Assembly: GCA_016280855.1 (NCBI GenBank)
Contig: JAEEHP010000105.1
Coordinates: forward strand, 19,100-83,099
Direction: 5' to 3'
From: Bacteroidaceae bacterium
Lineage (GTDB): Bacteria; Bacteroidota; Bacteroidia; Bacteroidales; Bacteroidaceae
DNA length: 64,000 nucleotides
The position numbers and the translations under genes were made by a program. Under the pieces are notes generated by a model. That model ran no database searches. It was not told the DNA's origin and worked only from the letters and a program-made list of their open reading frames with translations. Of this stretch, positions 26,232 to 35,494 are shown piece after piece (position 1 is the first letter of the stretch; every line of letters starts with the position of its first letter).

Positions 26232-27911
26232 TTATGGGTTGAGGAGCGATTTGGCGGTTTCGTCGCCTAGTTCGGCAGCGCGTTGCAATGCCTGACGGGC
26301 TTCGGCTTCTTTCTTCTGTTGCCTGAGGCAAACGCCGAGGATGCGGAAGGCATCAGGGAACTGATCGTCGAGGGCGATGGCAGCGCGTGCGGCGGTGACG
26401 GCTTCGTCAATCTGCCCGAAGCGGTAGTTGGCGGCAGCCAGTTCAGCCTGGTAGAGCGGTTCCTTGGGATCCATCTTCGCAGCACGTTCGATGTCGTCGA
26501 GCGCCTGTTGGAACATTCGGCACCGCATCTCAGCCTGTTCGCGTTGATAGTAGAAATTGGCGTTCAGCGAGTTGCGCATCAGATGCTCATAGTCGTAGAG
26601 GTCAATAACCGCTTCGCGGTATTTCTCCATGCTGAGGAGCGTCTGTGCACGCATCAGCAAAGCCGGTGCTGCCTCGTTGACGTAAGGCTTGGTGAAGCAG
26701 GCAACGGCGCTGTCCTGCAAGGCGAGGACTGCCGTGGTGTCGCCCAGCATCTGCTGGCATTGCGCTGCGTAGAGGAAATTGTTGGCAGAGCGCATATTTG
26801 TGCTGTTCACGTCGATGAACAGCTGGCAGGCTTCGGCGTAACGCCGCTGGCCGTAGAACACATGGGCTTTCAGTGCGGTATAGACAGGACTTGGCGCTAT
26901 GGCTGTGGCGGCGTCGATGTCCTCGATGGCGCGGTCGAGTGTCCACGTCTCGGGCACGGGAGCCGCGGCCTGTACCTGTCCGAAGATGGATCTGGCGCGT
27001 GAATAGTAGATGTCTTCTTTCTGCGTCACAGCCTTCAATCCTGCGTTCCACGCCTCCTCAGCCGCCGCGTAGTCTCCTTTGGCACTGAGCATTTCTGCTT
27101 TCATCGTGTAGCCGTTGGTCAGGCTGGGGTAAGCAGCGATGTAGTCATCGACATAGGAGAGGTAGAGTGCGGTGTCGCGCGTTCCGACCAGGAAGATAAA
27201 GCTGTTGGCCTGTTCGGCATCGTCGGGAAGCGCTTTCTTCATGGGGAGTTCGCGGTAGTCTGTTGTCGTAGCCGACATCGCGCTCGTTTTCAGACTCATG
27301 GCATAGTCGGCCGCGATGGCGAAGCATTGGTCTTGCGAGCCGCTTGCGTCCATCTGCAGGAGTCCGATGACTTCGCCGTCGTCATTCATGACAGGGCAGG
27401 CTGTGGTTTTCTCTGTTGTCTTGCCTTTGAGTGTGTAGTAGGCGAAACGTTCGTTGAAGTTCTCGACCTTGTCGATTTCGGCGATGAGGGGTACGCTGGC
27501 TTTACTCGACAGGTAGGGCATTACGTATGCCGGTTGCCCTTTGGCCGCATTGATGGCGGCGATGTGCAGGGGTGCCGGCTTCTTGGCATCGACGTGGATT
27601 TTAACTACGTCGTAGAGCGCACTGGCTCCTTCGATGCAGGTGACGGGCCATTCCTTGCCGCTCTCGTCGATGGCCACGGCTTTCGTGGCGCCCTTGAACG
27701 ATGCGTAATCGGAAAGAGCCGTGCCGTCGTCGCCAACGAAAAAGCCGTTTGTCGAGTGCAGGATCTGCCCTGCTGCGTCGTAGGTAATAATGTTGAGTTG
27801 AGCCTTGCGCGCTTTCTTAAACCATTTGGTGTTCTGTGCGCAAACTACACCGCTGAAGGCTGCGATGCAGGCGAGGATGATAATGCGAATATAATTATTT
27901 CTTGTGATCAT
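26232..27911 (-). CDS. TPR-repeat protein with N-terminal trypsin-like-fold region
   Basis: Start at MITRNNYIRIIILACIAAFSGVVCA (signal). Multiple TPR motifs fill the C-terminal half. The 5' extension of ORF 26232..28148 overlaps recN and is rejected. Confidence 0.65.
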   Translation of the reverse strand: MITRNNYIRIIILACIAAFSGVVCAQNTKWFKKARKAQLNIITYDAAGQILHSTNGFFVGDDGTALSDYASFKGATKAVAIDESGKEWPVTCIEGASALYDVVKIHVDAKKPAPLHIAAINAAKGQPAYVMPYLSSKASVPLIAEIDKVENFNERFAYYTLKGKTTEKTTACPVMNDDGEVIGLLQMDASGSQDQCFAIAADYAMSLKTSAMSATTTDYRELPMKKALPDDAEQANSFIFLVGTRDTALYLSYVDDYIAAYPSLTNGYTMKAEMLSAKGDYAAAEEAWNAGLKAVTQKEDIYYSRARSIFGQVQAAAPVPETWTLDRAIEDIDAATAIAPSPVYTALKAHVFYGQRRYAEACQLFIDVNSTNMRSANNFLYAAQCQQMLGDTTAVLALQDSAVACFTKPYVNEAAPALLMRAQTLLSMEKYREAVIDLYDYEHLMRNSLNANFYYQREQAEMRCRMFQQALDDIERAAKMDPKEPLYQAELAAANYRFGQIDEAVTAARAAIALDDQFPDAFRILGVCLRQQKKEAEARQALQRAAELGDETAKSLLNP

Positions 27912-27924
27912 AAGCGAAACGTTT

Positions 27925-29598
27925 TTATGCGTTTTGCAGTAGAGCTCGAGCGTTCTGCTTGGCAGCCTCGGTGAGTTCTGCTCCGCTGAGCATGTGAGCG
28001 AGCTCGATGACGCGCTGTTCCGTGTCAAGTTCTTCGATGTGGCTGGTCGTGGAGTCCGCTTCGTCCTGTTTGAAAACGCGGTAGTGGTGAGCGCCGATGG
28101 CGGCAATCTGTGGCAGGTGTGTGATGGAGATGACCTGTCGCCCTCCATCGCCCATCTCCTTCATCATCAGCGCCATGCGTTCGGCAATTTGTCCGCTCAC
28201 GCCCGTATCAATTTCATCAAAGATGATGGTTGGCAGTTGCACGGCGCCGCTGAGCATGGCTTTCAGCGACAGCATCACGCGCGCTATTTCGCCGCCCGAA
28301 GCGACGTCGGCAACAGGCTGCAACGGTGTGTTCTTGTTGGCGCTGAAAAGGAATTCCACCTTGTTGAAGCCTGTGGGTGTAGGCATCGGGGTCTGACTGA
28401 TCTCGACTTTGAATCGCACGTTAGGGATTCCGAGCGGAGCCAGCCGTTCGTGCAGCTGATTCTCCACCTCGCGGGCATACTGGTGGCGTATCTGGGTAAG
28501 TTCCTCCCCGAAGCCCATTACGGTTTCGAGGGCTTGTTTGCGACGCTGCTCCAGTAGCTGCAGCTGTTCGTCGCTGGTATCGATCTGCTCCAGCTGTTCG
28601 CGGTATTGCGCGGCTACGCTGATGAGTGCTGCTTCGTCGGCAGCGTGGTGTTTCTTAAGTGCAGCGTAGAAGGCGCTGAGCCACTCGTTGACCTTGTCGA
28701 GCCTTGAGGGATCCACCTCCACACGCTCGGCAGCACTGTCGAGCTCGCCCTCGATGTCTTTCAGTTCGATGAGGCAACTGTTGACGCGTGTCGCCAACTC
28801 TTCTGCCGCTGGCAGCATTGCGGCTACGGCACTCAGTTGGTGTTGTGTTTCACGCAGCGCAGAAATGACTCCGGCGTTCATCTCGCCGTCGCCTTGAATG
28901 AGGTTTGACGCCGTCCACAGCGCCGTCCTGATCTCCTCTGCGTGTTCGAGCATCTGCGCCTCCTGCTCCATTTCCTCCTGTCGCCCTTCCTGCAGTTCCA
29001 GCTCATCAAGCTGTTGCAGTTGGAACCTCAGGTATTCCTCGTCGTCGTGAAGATGGTCGAGTCGCTGCTGAGCCTCTTCAAGTTGCTGGCACGCCTGCTG
29101 GTAGTCGTTGAAGGCTTGCGAGTAGGCCTTGAGCAACGTTTCGTCGTGGGCCAGCGTGTCAATGACCGAGAGTTGGAAATCCTCGGTCGTGAGCAGCAGG
29201 TTCTGGTGCTGAGAATGGATGTCAATGAGTCGGTTGCCCAAGTCGCGAAGCTGATTGACCTGAGCCGGTGTATCGTTGATGAAGGCGCGGCTCTTGCCGG
29301 AAGCTGTCAGTTCGCGCCGTATGATGCATGTGTGTCCGTCGAAGTCGAGGTCGTGGTGGACGAAGAAGTCGTCCATTCCATAGTCCGTAAGGTCAAACAT
29401 AGCTTCGATGACGCAACGGCTCTCGCCAGCTTTGATCATACGTGTTTCGGCGCGTTGTCCCAGGAGCAGTCCTATGGCTCCGATGAGAATACTCTTGCCT
29501 GCGCCCGTCTCGCCCGTAATCACGGAGAAGCCGCGGTGGAAATCGATGTCGAGCTGTTCGATGAGCGCGTAGTTCTTGATGGAAAGTGACTGTATCAC
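27925..29598 (-). CDS. recN: DNA repair protein RecN
   Basis: Walker A GETGAGKS, a long coiled-coil, an SMC signature SGGE, and Walker B IIFDEIDTG. Confidence 0.9.
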   Translation of the reverse strand: MIQSLSIKNYALIEQLDIDFHRGFSVITGETGAGKSILIGAIGLLLGQRAETRMIKAGESRCVIEAMFDLTDYGMDDFFVHHDLDFDGHTCIIRRELTASGKSRAFINDTPAQVNQLRDLGNRLIDIHSQHQNLLLTTEDFQLSVIDTLAHDETLLKAYSQAFNDYQQACQQLEEAQQRLDHLHDDEEYLRFQLQQLDELELQEGRQEEMEQEAQMLEHAEEIRTALWTASNLIQGDGEMNAGVISALRETQHQLSAVAAMLPAAEELATRVNSCLIELKDIEGELDSAAERVEVDPSRLDKVNEWLSAFYAALKKHHAADEAALISVAAQYREQLEQIDTSDEQLQLLEQRRKQALETVMGFGEELTQIRHQYAREVENQLHERLAPLGIPNVRFKVEISQTPMPTPTGFNKVEFLFSANKNTPLQPVADVASGGEIARVMLSLKAMLSGAVQLPTIIFDEIDTGVSGQIAERMALMMKEMGDGGRQVISITHLPQIAAIGAHHYRVFKQDEADSTTSHIEELDTEQRVIELAHMLSGAELTEAAKQNARALLQNA

Positions 29599-30497
29599 TG
29601 CTTGATTTTTTCCCAGTAAGTGTTCTGTGACGGATTGATACTGAAGAGTATGTCGTAAACGGCCTCGCGCTCCTCGGGCGTCCCTTTTCCGGTGAAAATG
29701 CTAACGAGCTCGTCGCGCTTGAAGTCGGTGAAGATCTGTGGCAACTGGCTGAGCGATTTGTCCTCATGGGATTCTTTCAGCAGTTTCACGGCTTCCGCAA
29801 TTGCAGCGCGTGCCGCCTCGCTGTCCTCTGCCATGTGATCGAGGCCGTTGCGGTAATAGGCGTATTGCAGTTGGCGGAACTTCTCCATGGCACCGTCGAG
29901 ATAGTCGTTGACGATGGCGAATCGGTTTTTAGTGTCGTCGAAGGCCTTCCAACCCTTGTAGCCCAGGCCTTCCGCGTTGTTGCACACGTCCATGGCTTGC
30001 TGCAGCACTTCGGTGCCAGCCATCGGCGCCATGGAGTCGAGATCCAGTCCGATAATCATGTAAGCCCAGTAGGCCAGCATCGCCGTCAGGTTGTTGTCCA
30101 CCTGTTCGGGTCGCCATTCCAGCTGATCGAACTCCTGGAAGTTGAAATCGAAGTCCTTGTCGTTCATGTTCCACACGGTCGTGGTGTAGGACGAGTTATA
30201 GACGGGTCGCACGCAGGCTACGAGCAGGCTTCCCTTGAACGAGTTGTCCGTTTCGCTGTAAGTGTCGATGGTGATGTTGAACGTGCATTGAATGCGTTCC
30301 ATCTCGCGAAACTTGATGTTGGTCCAAGCGTGTTCGTTGAGCAACTGCGTAGCGGCTTTCTCCAAGGCGTCAAACACGCCCGATTTGGTGTTTGATACCT
30401 GTTCGCGGTTGATGATAACCTTGGCATTAAGCTCTTGTGCTGCAGCCGATAAGGGCAGCAACAGCGTTGTCAGAAGGATGGTCAGAAAGCGCTTCAT
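29595..30497 (-). CDS. DUF4835-like secreted protein (conserved recN/coaBC neighbour)
   Basis: Signal peptide, then QELNAKVIINREQV...; conserved synteny coaBC-DUF4835-recN in Bacteroidota. Confidence 0.6.
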   Translation of the reverse strand: MKRFLTILLTTLLLPLSAAAQELNAKVIINREQVSNTKSGVFDALEKAATQLLNEHAWTNIKFREMERIQCTFNITIDTYSETDNSFKGSLLVACVRPVYNSSYTTTVWNMNDKDFDFNFQEFDQLEWRPEQVDNNLTAMLAYWAYMIIGLDLDSMAPMAGTEVLQQAMDVCNNAEGLGYKGWKAFDDTKNRFAIVNDYLDGAMEKFRQLQYAYYRNGLDHMAEDSEAARAAIAEAVKLLKESHEDKSLSQLPQIFTDFKRDELVSIFTGKGTPEEREAVYDILFSINPSQNTYWEKIKQ

Positions 30498-30527
30498 TGG
30501 CTCACAAAATAAGAAAAAGGAATCGAA

Positions 30528-31709
30528 TCAGAGAAGCTTCTCGAGATGATCGATGATATCGCTTGCCACCTCAGCCTTTGTCTTCAACGGGTAGGGTATA
30601 GCCTCGGTGGGGGTGATGATCGTTACTTTGTTCGTGTCGTGTTGGAAGCCGGCTCCCTCGTCGTTCAGCGAGTTGAGTACGATGAAGTCCAAGTTCTTGC
30701 GCGCCAGCTTGTCCTGAGCGTGAGCAACTTCGTCGTTCGTTTCGAGTGCGAATCCCACGAGTCGTTGCCCTTCGCGTTTCATCTGCCCGAGTCCGGCAGC
30801 GATGTCGCGTGTCGGTTTGAGGTGCAGTGTGAGTCCGTCGCCTTCGCGCTTGATCTTCGCGTCGGCCACGGTGTTGGGTGTGAAATCGGCTACGGCAGCG
30901 CATAGGATGGCCGCATCGGCATCTGGGAAACGCAGGCTTGCGGCTTCCCACATCTGCTGTGCGCTCTCGACGTGCGTCGTTGTGACGCCCTTGGCATCGG
31001 TCGATCGCTGAATGGGTCCGCACACGAGCTCCACGTCAGCGCCTCGCCGTGCACATTCCTCTGCGAGGGCGAGTCCCATCTTCCCGCTTGAATAATTGCC
31101 GATGAAGCGTACGGGGTCGATGCGCTCGTAGGTAGGTCCGGCGGTGATGAGCACGCGCCGTCCTTTCATGCTTCCTTTGTGCTGCAGCGCTTCCAGCACT
31201 TTCTGTGCGATTACCTCCGGCTCTTCCATGCGGCCTTTGCCCACAAGATGGCTGGCCAGTTCGCCTGAGGCGGGTTCGATGACGGTCACGCCCCGCTGGC
31301 GCAACAGCTGCAGGTTGTCCTGTGTCGAGGCGTGAGCCCACATGTCGAGGTCCATGGCAGGAGCGATGAACACAGGAGCTTTCATCGACAAGTAGGTCGT
31401 GATGAGCATATTATCAGCGATGCCGTGTGCCATCTTGCCGATCGTCGATGCTGTGGCGGGTGCAATGATCATGGCATCAGCCCATAGTCCTAAGCTGACG
31501 TGGCTGTGCCAAGTGCCGTCGCGCTGCGAGAAGAAGTCGCTGATAACAGGCTTCGACGTCAGCGCCGACAGCGTGATGGGGGTGATGAACTCCTTGCCGG
31601 CCGGCGTGATGACAACCTGCACCTCGTGTCCAGCCTTTACCAGCTGGCGGATGAGGGTGCAAGCCTTGTAGGCTGCTATGCTTCCTGTGATGCCTAAGAC
31701 GATGTTCAT
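30528..31709 (-). CDS. coaBC: bifunctional phosphopantothenoylcysteine decarboxylase / phosphopantothenate-cysteine ligase
   Basis: N-terminal flavoprotein domain (GITGSIAAYK, PAMDLDMW) and C-terminal CoaB domain (ITAGPTYERIDPVRFIGNYSSGKMG). Confidence 0.9.
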   Translation of the reverse strand: MNIVLGITGSIAAYKACTLIRQLVKAGHEVQVVITPAGKEFITPITLSALTSKPVISDFFSQRDGTWHSHVSLGLWADAMIIAPATASTIGKMAHGIADNMLITTYLSMKAPVFIAPAMDLDMWAHASTQDNLQLLRQRGVTVIEPASGELASHLVGKGRMEEPEVIAQKVLEALQHKGSMKGRRVLITAGPTYERIDPVRFIGNYSSGKMGLALAEECARRGADVELVCGPIQRSTDAKGVTTTHVESAQQMWEAASLRFPDADAAILCAAVADFTPNTVADAKIKREGDGLTLHLKPTRDIAAGLGQMKREGQRLVGFALETNDEVAHAQDKLARKNLDFIVLNSLNDEGAGFQHDTNKVTIITPTEAIPYPLKTKAEVASDIIDHLEKLL

Positions 31710-32482
31710 GATTTGCTATTCTTGCTGCGCAGGGCGATAGTGGTGAGCACTTGCTTGGTGTTACGTGTGAAGCTGCCGTTCATCATCCAGCTGTAGTAGC
31801 TGGGCTCTTTCATGAGGACTTCGACCACGGGCATTCCTTTGTGCTTGCCGAAGTTGAAGCACTCCACGCCGTCGTCGTTGAGGACGATACGTCCGGCGAA
31901 GTCCACATTGCGGTTCATCTGTGAGTAGTCGGCGAGGAAGGTGACGTCGTTCTGCAGCGCGTCGGGGTAGTGGTCGAGCTGAGCGCACAGCACTTCGTAG
32001 GTCGCCCGTGTGTCGGCCAAAGCCGAGTGGGCATTCTCGAGGTCCTTGTGGCAGTAGAACTTATAAGCAGCGATGAGCGTGCGTCGCTCCAGCTTGCGGT
32101 AGATGTTCGAGACGTCCACGCTGCGGCAGGCTGACAGGTCGGCATCGACGCCCACCCTCAGCATCTCTTCCGCCAGCATAGGGATATCGAAGTTATTCGA
32201 GTTGAAGCCTCCGAGGTCGCACCCTTTGATGAACGCCCAAACGTCAGCTGCCACGTCGTCAAATGTCGGGCAGTCGGCCACGTCGGCGTCGTAGATGCCA
32301 TTGATCTTCGATGCCTCCTCGGGGATGTGCATCTGCGGGTTGATACGCATCGTCTTAGCCTCTTCGTTGCCGTTGGGGTAGATCTTCAAGAGGCAGATCT
32401 CCACGATGCGGTCAGAGGCTATATCGACCCCCGTCGTTTCGAGGTCGAAGAATACGATGGGTTTGTTCAGATTCAGTTTCAC
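31706..32482 (-). CDS. 3'-5' exonuclease (DnaQ/epsilon-like, DEDDh)
   Basis: ExoI FFDLETTG, ExoII GFNSNNFDIPML, ExoIII HSALAD. Confidence 0.8.
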   Translation of the reverse strand: MKLNLNKPIVFFDLETTGVDIASDRIVEICLLKIYPNGNEEAKTMRINPQMHIPEEASKINGIYDADVADCPTFDDVAADVWAFIKGCDLGGFNSNNFDIPMLAEEMLRVGVDADLSACRSVDVSNIYRKLERRTLIAAYKFYCHKDLENAHSALADTRATYEVLCAQLDHYPDALQNDVTFLADYSQMNRNVDFAGRIVLNDDGVECFNFGKHKGMPVVEVLMKEPSYYSWMMNGSFTRNTKQVLTTIALRSKNSKS

Positions 32483-32486
32483 GGCC

Positions 32487-33611
32487 TTAATCGTTCAACA
32501 TCATAGGCATGAGCAACATGAGAATCTCCTCACCTTCCTTCTGCACGGATGGCTTGATGATACCAGCGCGTCCGGGGTCGGCCAGCTCCACGACGACCTC
32601 GCTGCTTTCGAGGTTTCCGAGGATGTCGAGCAGCAGAGTGCCCTTGAATCCGATATTGATGGCGGGTGCGTCATACTCGCAGATGAGGCGCTCCTCGGCG
32701 CTCGTGCTGTAGTCCACGTCCTGTCCGCTGACGGTCAATGAGTCCTTCTTGAAGGCCAGCTTCACCTGAGCGCTGCTCTGGCTGCTGAACACGAGTACGC
32801 GCTTCAGCGTCGAGATGAATGCGGCGCGGTCCACGGTGGCCTTATACGGGTTGTTCTGCGGAATCACGCTGTTGTAGTTGGGGTAGCGGCCGTCGATGAG
32901 GCGGCAGGTCAGCGTGAAGTCGGCGGTGGTGACCACGGCCGTCTTGTCGTTGAATTCCAGCGTCGCCATGGCATCGCCTTTCTGAAGCAGGCCCTTAAGG
33001 ATGTTGGCCGGCTTCTTGGGCAGGATGAATCCCGTCTGCGCCTCGCTGGTGATGCCGAAGTCCTTGTTGCGCACGAGCTTGCGGCCGTCGGTGCCGACGA
33101 ACACAAGGCATTCGGGGGTGAAGTCGAAGTAGATACCCGTCATGACAGGGCGGATCTCGTCGTCGGCAGTGGCAAAGAGGCTGTGTGTGATGCCAGAGAG
33201 CAGGGCACTCTGACGAATCTCGTGGCGCTGAGCCTCGCCATCCAGGCGGTGGGGCACAGGATATTCGTCAGCCCGTTCGCCGACGATGTTGAATCGGCCG
33301 TTCTGGTAGCTGCCACGGATCTCCATCGTGTCGAGATTCACATCGAGGGTGATGGGCTGGTCGGCAATCTCCTTCAGCGAGTCCTGAATCGTCTTTGCCT
33401 TGATGCAGAAGCGGGCATTCTCGTCGCTCTCGATGAGTTCCACGCTGGTGACCAGCGTCGTCTCGCTGTCCGAGGCAGTGATGGACATCGTCTTGTCCTC
33501 AATCTCGAAGAGGAAGCAGTCCAGAATGGGCAGCGAATTCTTGCTGTTGAGTACGCGGTTGATGGAAGTGAGGCGGCCGAATAGTGCCGCGCTGGAGACT
33601 TTGAGTTTCAT
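32487..33611 (-). CDS. dnaN: DNA polymerase III subunit beta (sliding clamp)
   Basis: 374 aa with three-domain clamp layout. MKLKVSSAALFGRL...LPILDCFLFE...; ends LLMPMMLND. Confidence 0.9.
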   Translation of the reverse strand: MKLKVSSAALFGRLTSINRVLNSKNSLPILDCFLFEIEDKTMSITASDSETTLVTSVELIESDENARFCIKAKTIQDSLKEIADQPITLDVNLDTMEIRGSYQNGRFNIVGERADEYPVPHRLDGEAQRHEIRQSALLSGITHSLFATADDEIRPVMTGIYFDFTPECLVFVGTDGRKLVRNKDFGITSEAQTGFILPKKPANILKGLLQKGDAMATLEFNDKTAVVTTADFTLTCRLIDGRYPNYNSVIPQNNPYKATVDRAAFISTLKRVLVFSSQSSAQVKLAFKKDSLTVSGQDVDYSTSAEERLICEYDAPAINIGFKGTLLLDILGNLESSEVVVELADPGRAGIIKPSVQKEGEEILMLLMPMMLND

Positions 33612-33673
33612 GTCGTATGATATTTAACAGTTATTTTTATGCTTCTTTCTTGAATTGTAGCTTTAAAACCGAG

Positions 33674-33681
33674 CAAAGATA
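33674..33681 (-). promoter_or_regulatory. -7 promoter box TATCTTTG (dnaN operon)
   Basis: Plus strand reads CAAAGATA, 63 nt upstream of the dnaN ATG. Confidence 0.4.
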
Positions 33682-33744
33682 GATATTTTCACGCAGTCTG
33701 GCAAAAAAACTTCCTTAAAATTAGCAAAAGTGGCGAGAAACTCC

Positions 33745-33752
33745 TACATTTG
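33745..33752 (+). promoter_or_regulatory. -7 promoter box TACATTTG (DUF3127 gene)
   Basis: TAnnTTTG match about 80 nt upstream of the ATG at 33834. Confidence 0.4.
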
Positions 33753-33833
33753 CACCGCAAAAGCGACAAATCATCCTTTCGCTGGTTGCCAAATTGACGC
33801 AAATATTCACCTTATTAATATAAAAAGAAAGAA

Positions 33834-34283
33834 ATGGAAATCTCTGGTAAGATTACTTATGTGTTGCCTGAACGCGGCGGCGTATCGCAGCGCTCCGGCA
33901 GTGAGTGGAAGGTAGCATCCTATGTCATCGAAACTTTCGAACAGTATCCCAAGAAGTGTTGCTTCGAGGTCTTCGGTTCCGATCGTATCGCTCAGTTCAA
34001 CATTCAGGTAGGGCAGCAGCTCACCGTCAGCGTCGATATTGATGCCCACGAGTACAACGGCCGCTGGTACAATCAGATCCGCGCCTGGAAGGTAGCTCCC
34101 TACGACCCGAATGCTGTGGCTGCTCCTGCCGCAGATCCCGCCGCAGCTATTCCTCCTGCCGCTCCCGAAGCTCCCTTCCCCCCTGCACAGCCGGTAGCAC
34201 CCTCGCCCGCTGATGCTGCAGCACCGGCTGCTCCTGCTGCTCCCGCCTTCGGAGGCGAAAGCACCGACGACCTGCCCTTCTAA
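33834..34283 (+). CDS. DUF3127-like protein with Ala/Pro-rich tail
   Basis: MEISGKITYVLPERGGVSQRSGSEWKVASYVIET...NGRWYNQIRAWKV is an OB-like DUF3127 pattern. It is followed by an (A/P)-rich tail ending DDLPF. Confidence 0.65.
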   Translation: MEISGKITYVLPERGGVSQRSGSEWKVASYVIETFEQYPKKCCFEVFGSDRIAQFNIQVGQQLTVSVDIDAHEYNGRWYNQIRAWKVAPYDPNAVAAPAADPAAAIPPAAPEAPFPPAQPVAPSPADAAAPAAPAAPAFGGESTDDLPF

Positions 34284-34362
34284 TCATTTTCATCCTTTGC
34301 GATCTGCGCCCCCATGCCTTTTTTACGGGTGCATTAAGCTGCAAAGTGACTCTCCCCCAAAA

Positions 34363-34405
34363 AGCCGACGAACTGCTGAAAATCAGTTACGTCGGCTCTT
34401 CTTTT
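34363..34405 (+). terminator. intrinsic terminator after the DUF3127 gene
   Basis: AGCCGACGAACTG / loop / CAGTTACGTCGGCT followed by CTTCTTTTC. Confidence 0.6.
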
Positions 34406-34418
34406 CATGACTGCTTAA

Positions 34419-34506
34419 CACACGTATAGACGTAGGAGGTCACACGTATAGACGTAGGAGGTCACACGTATAGACGTAGAGCCTTGCACGTATAGACGTC
34501 GAAGGC
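34419..34506. repeat. tandem array, 4 x 22 bp (CACACGTATAGACGTAGGAGGT)
   Basis: Units at 34419, 34441, 34463 and 34485. The core ACGTATAGACGT is the reverse complement of the core of the 7228-7315 array. Confidence 0.9.
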
Positions 34507-34542
34507 TGAGCGACGGGACGTGTGCGCGGCCTCTTTCTGAAG

Positions 34543-34921
34543 CTTCGGGGAAAGCTTATATGGAGCGGGGGAAGTAGGAAAGTAAGAAAGTAGGAAAGTA
34601 GACATTAAGGGTTTTCGGGGGCGCGAATCAGCATCAACAACGGCAGGGTGCAGTAATTTTCAGAGGACGACTAGAAGCAGCATATATCACTATATATTTA
34701 TATGAATAATAATAATTATAAAGGAATAATTATATGGTTATATATAATACTAATATTATAAAGTTATTATTATATAATACTATTATTATTAAATAATTAT
34801 ATAATAAATATTATACTCGTTTCCCTGTTTTGTGTATGTTCCCTTCTGTGGAGCAAAAATGCTTAATGTCTACTTTCCTACTTTCCTACTTTCTTACTTT
34901 TCTGCCTTCAGCTTTCCGAAG
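34543..34921. repeat. composite inverted-repeat element with an extreme A/T core
   Basis: Left arm 34543-34609 (CTTCGGGGAAAGCT...GAAGTAGGAAAGTAAGAAAGTAGGAAAGTAGACATTAAG) pairs with right arm 34862-34921 (CTTAATGTCTACTTTCCTACTTTCCTACTTTCTTACTTT...AGCTTTCCGAAG). The core 34682-34817 is almost pure A/T. Confidence 0.85.
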
Positions 34922-34957
34922 GTCATTGAAAATGTTCGATCCTTGCTTTCGGCGATG

Positions 34958-35494
34958 CTACTTCCTGCTTTCCGCTGTTGTCTCTTCGTCTTCGCAACCT
35001 GCGGCGCGCAGGATCAGGGTGGTGGCGCCGATATTGATGATGGTGCCGTCGTCGATGCGGAGTCGGTCATTGGCGCGGAGTAGGGTGGTGCCGACGCAGG
35101 TGCCGGTGCCGTCGGTGCTGGCATCGCGAAGCGTGTAGATGAATTCGCCCTGGCGGTTGCGACGGACGTTGATGACGCAATGGGTCGTATCAACGCTGGG
35201 ATCGGTGGTTTCGATAGGCGTATTGATGCTTGTGCCGCGAACGTATCGCCCGATGACGTTATCTCCCATGCGCAGGGGCAGTATTTGCTTGTAGTGGAAG
35301 ACGTTTTCGATGACGATGATTGCGCCGCAGTCCTCTTCCTCCTGAGGCTTCTGCTCTTGGCTTGGAACGTTGATGCGAACGCCGAACTGCCGTTGGCATT
35401 GAGGACATTGGAACACTAAAGTTTGACCTTCGGCGTAGGGTGTTTCGTCGAAGGTCAAGTCATAATCACATTTGGGGCATCTGACGCGTTTCAT
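34958..35494 (-). CDS. FHA domain protein with N-terminal zinc-ribbon
   Basis: CPKC...CPQC zinc ribbon, then an FHA-like region (NVIGRY...HCVINV...GTCVGTTLL...IDDGTIINIG). The start is MKRVRCPKC; 35509 is the alternative. Confidence 0.7.
   Translation of the reverse strand: MKRVRCPKCDYDLTFDETPYAEGQTLVFQCPQCQRQFGVRINVPSQEQKPQEEEDCGAIIVIENVFHYKQILPLRMGDNVIGRYVRGTSINTPIETTDPSVDTTHCVINVRRNRQGEFIYTLRDASTDGTGTCVGTTLLRANDRLRIDDGTIINIGATTLILRAAGCEDEETTAESRK

Noticed and set aside
26232-28148. Long N-terminal extensions offered by the ORF track. Examples are 26232..28148, 10104.., 11608.., 39721.., 53804..54574, 54388..54990, 55046.. and 17714..
   Set aside because: The extensions overlap the preceding gene or a promoter box and translate to Arg/Pro-rich junk. 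They end at an internal Met followed by a convincing signal peptide or conserved N-terminus, so internal starts were used.
34682-34817. Replication origin / DNA-unwinding element, because of the extreme A/T stretch 1 kb from dnaN.
   Set aside because: I could find no cluster of DnaA boxes (TTATCCACA/TGTGGATAA) nearby and no dnaA gene in the window. A similar A/T-core element occurs at 59696-59729, so the feature is repeated and not a unique origin. The single TTATCCATC near 59732 is not enough.
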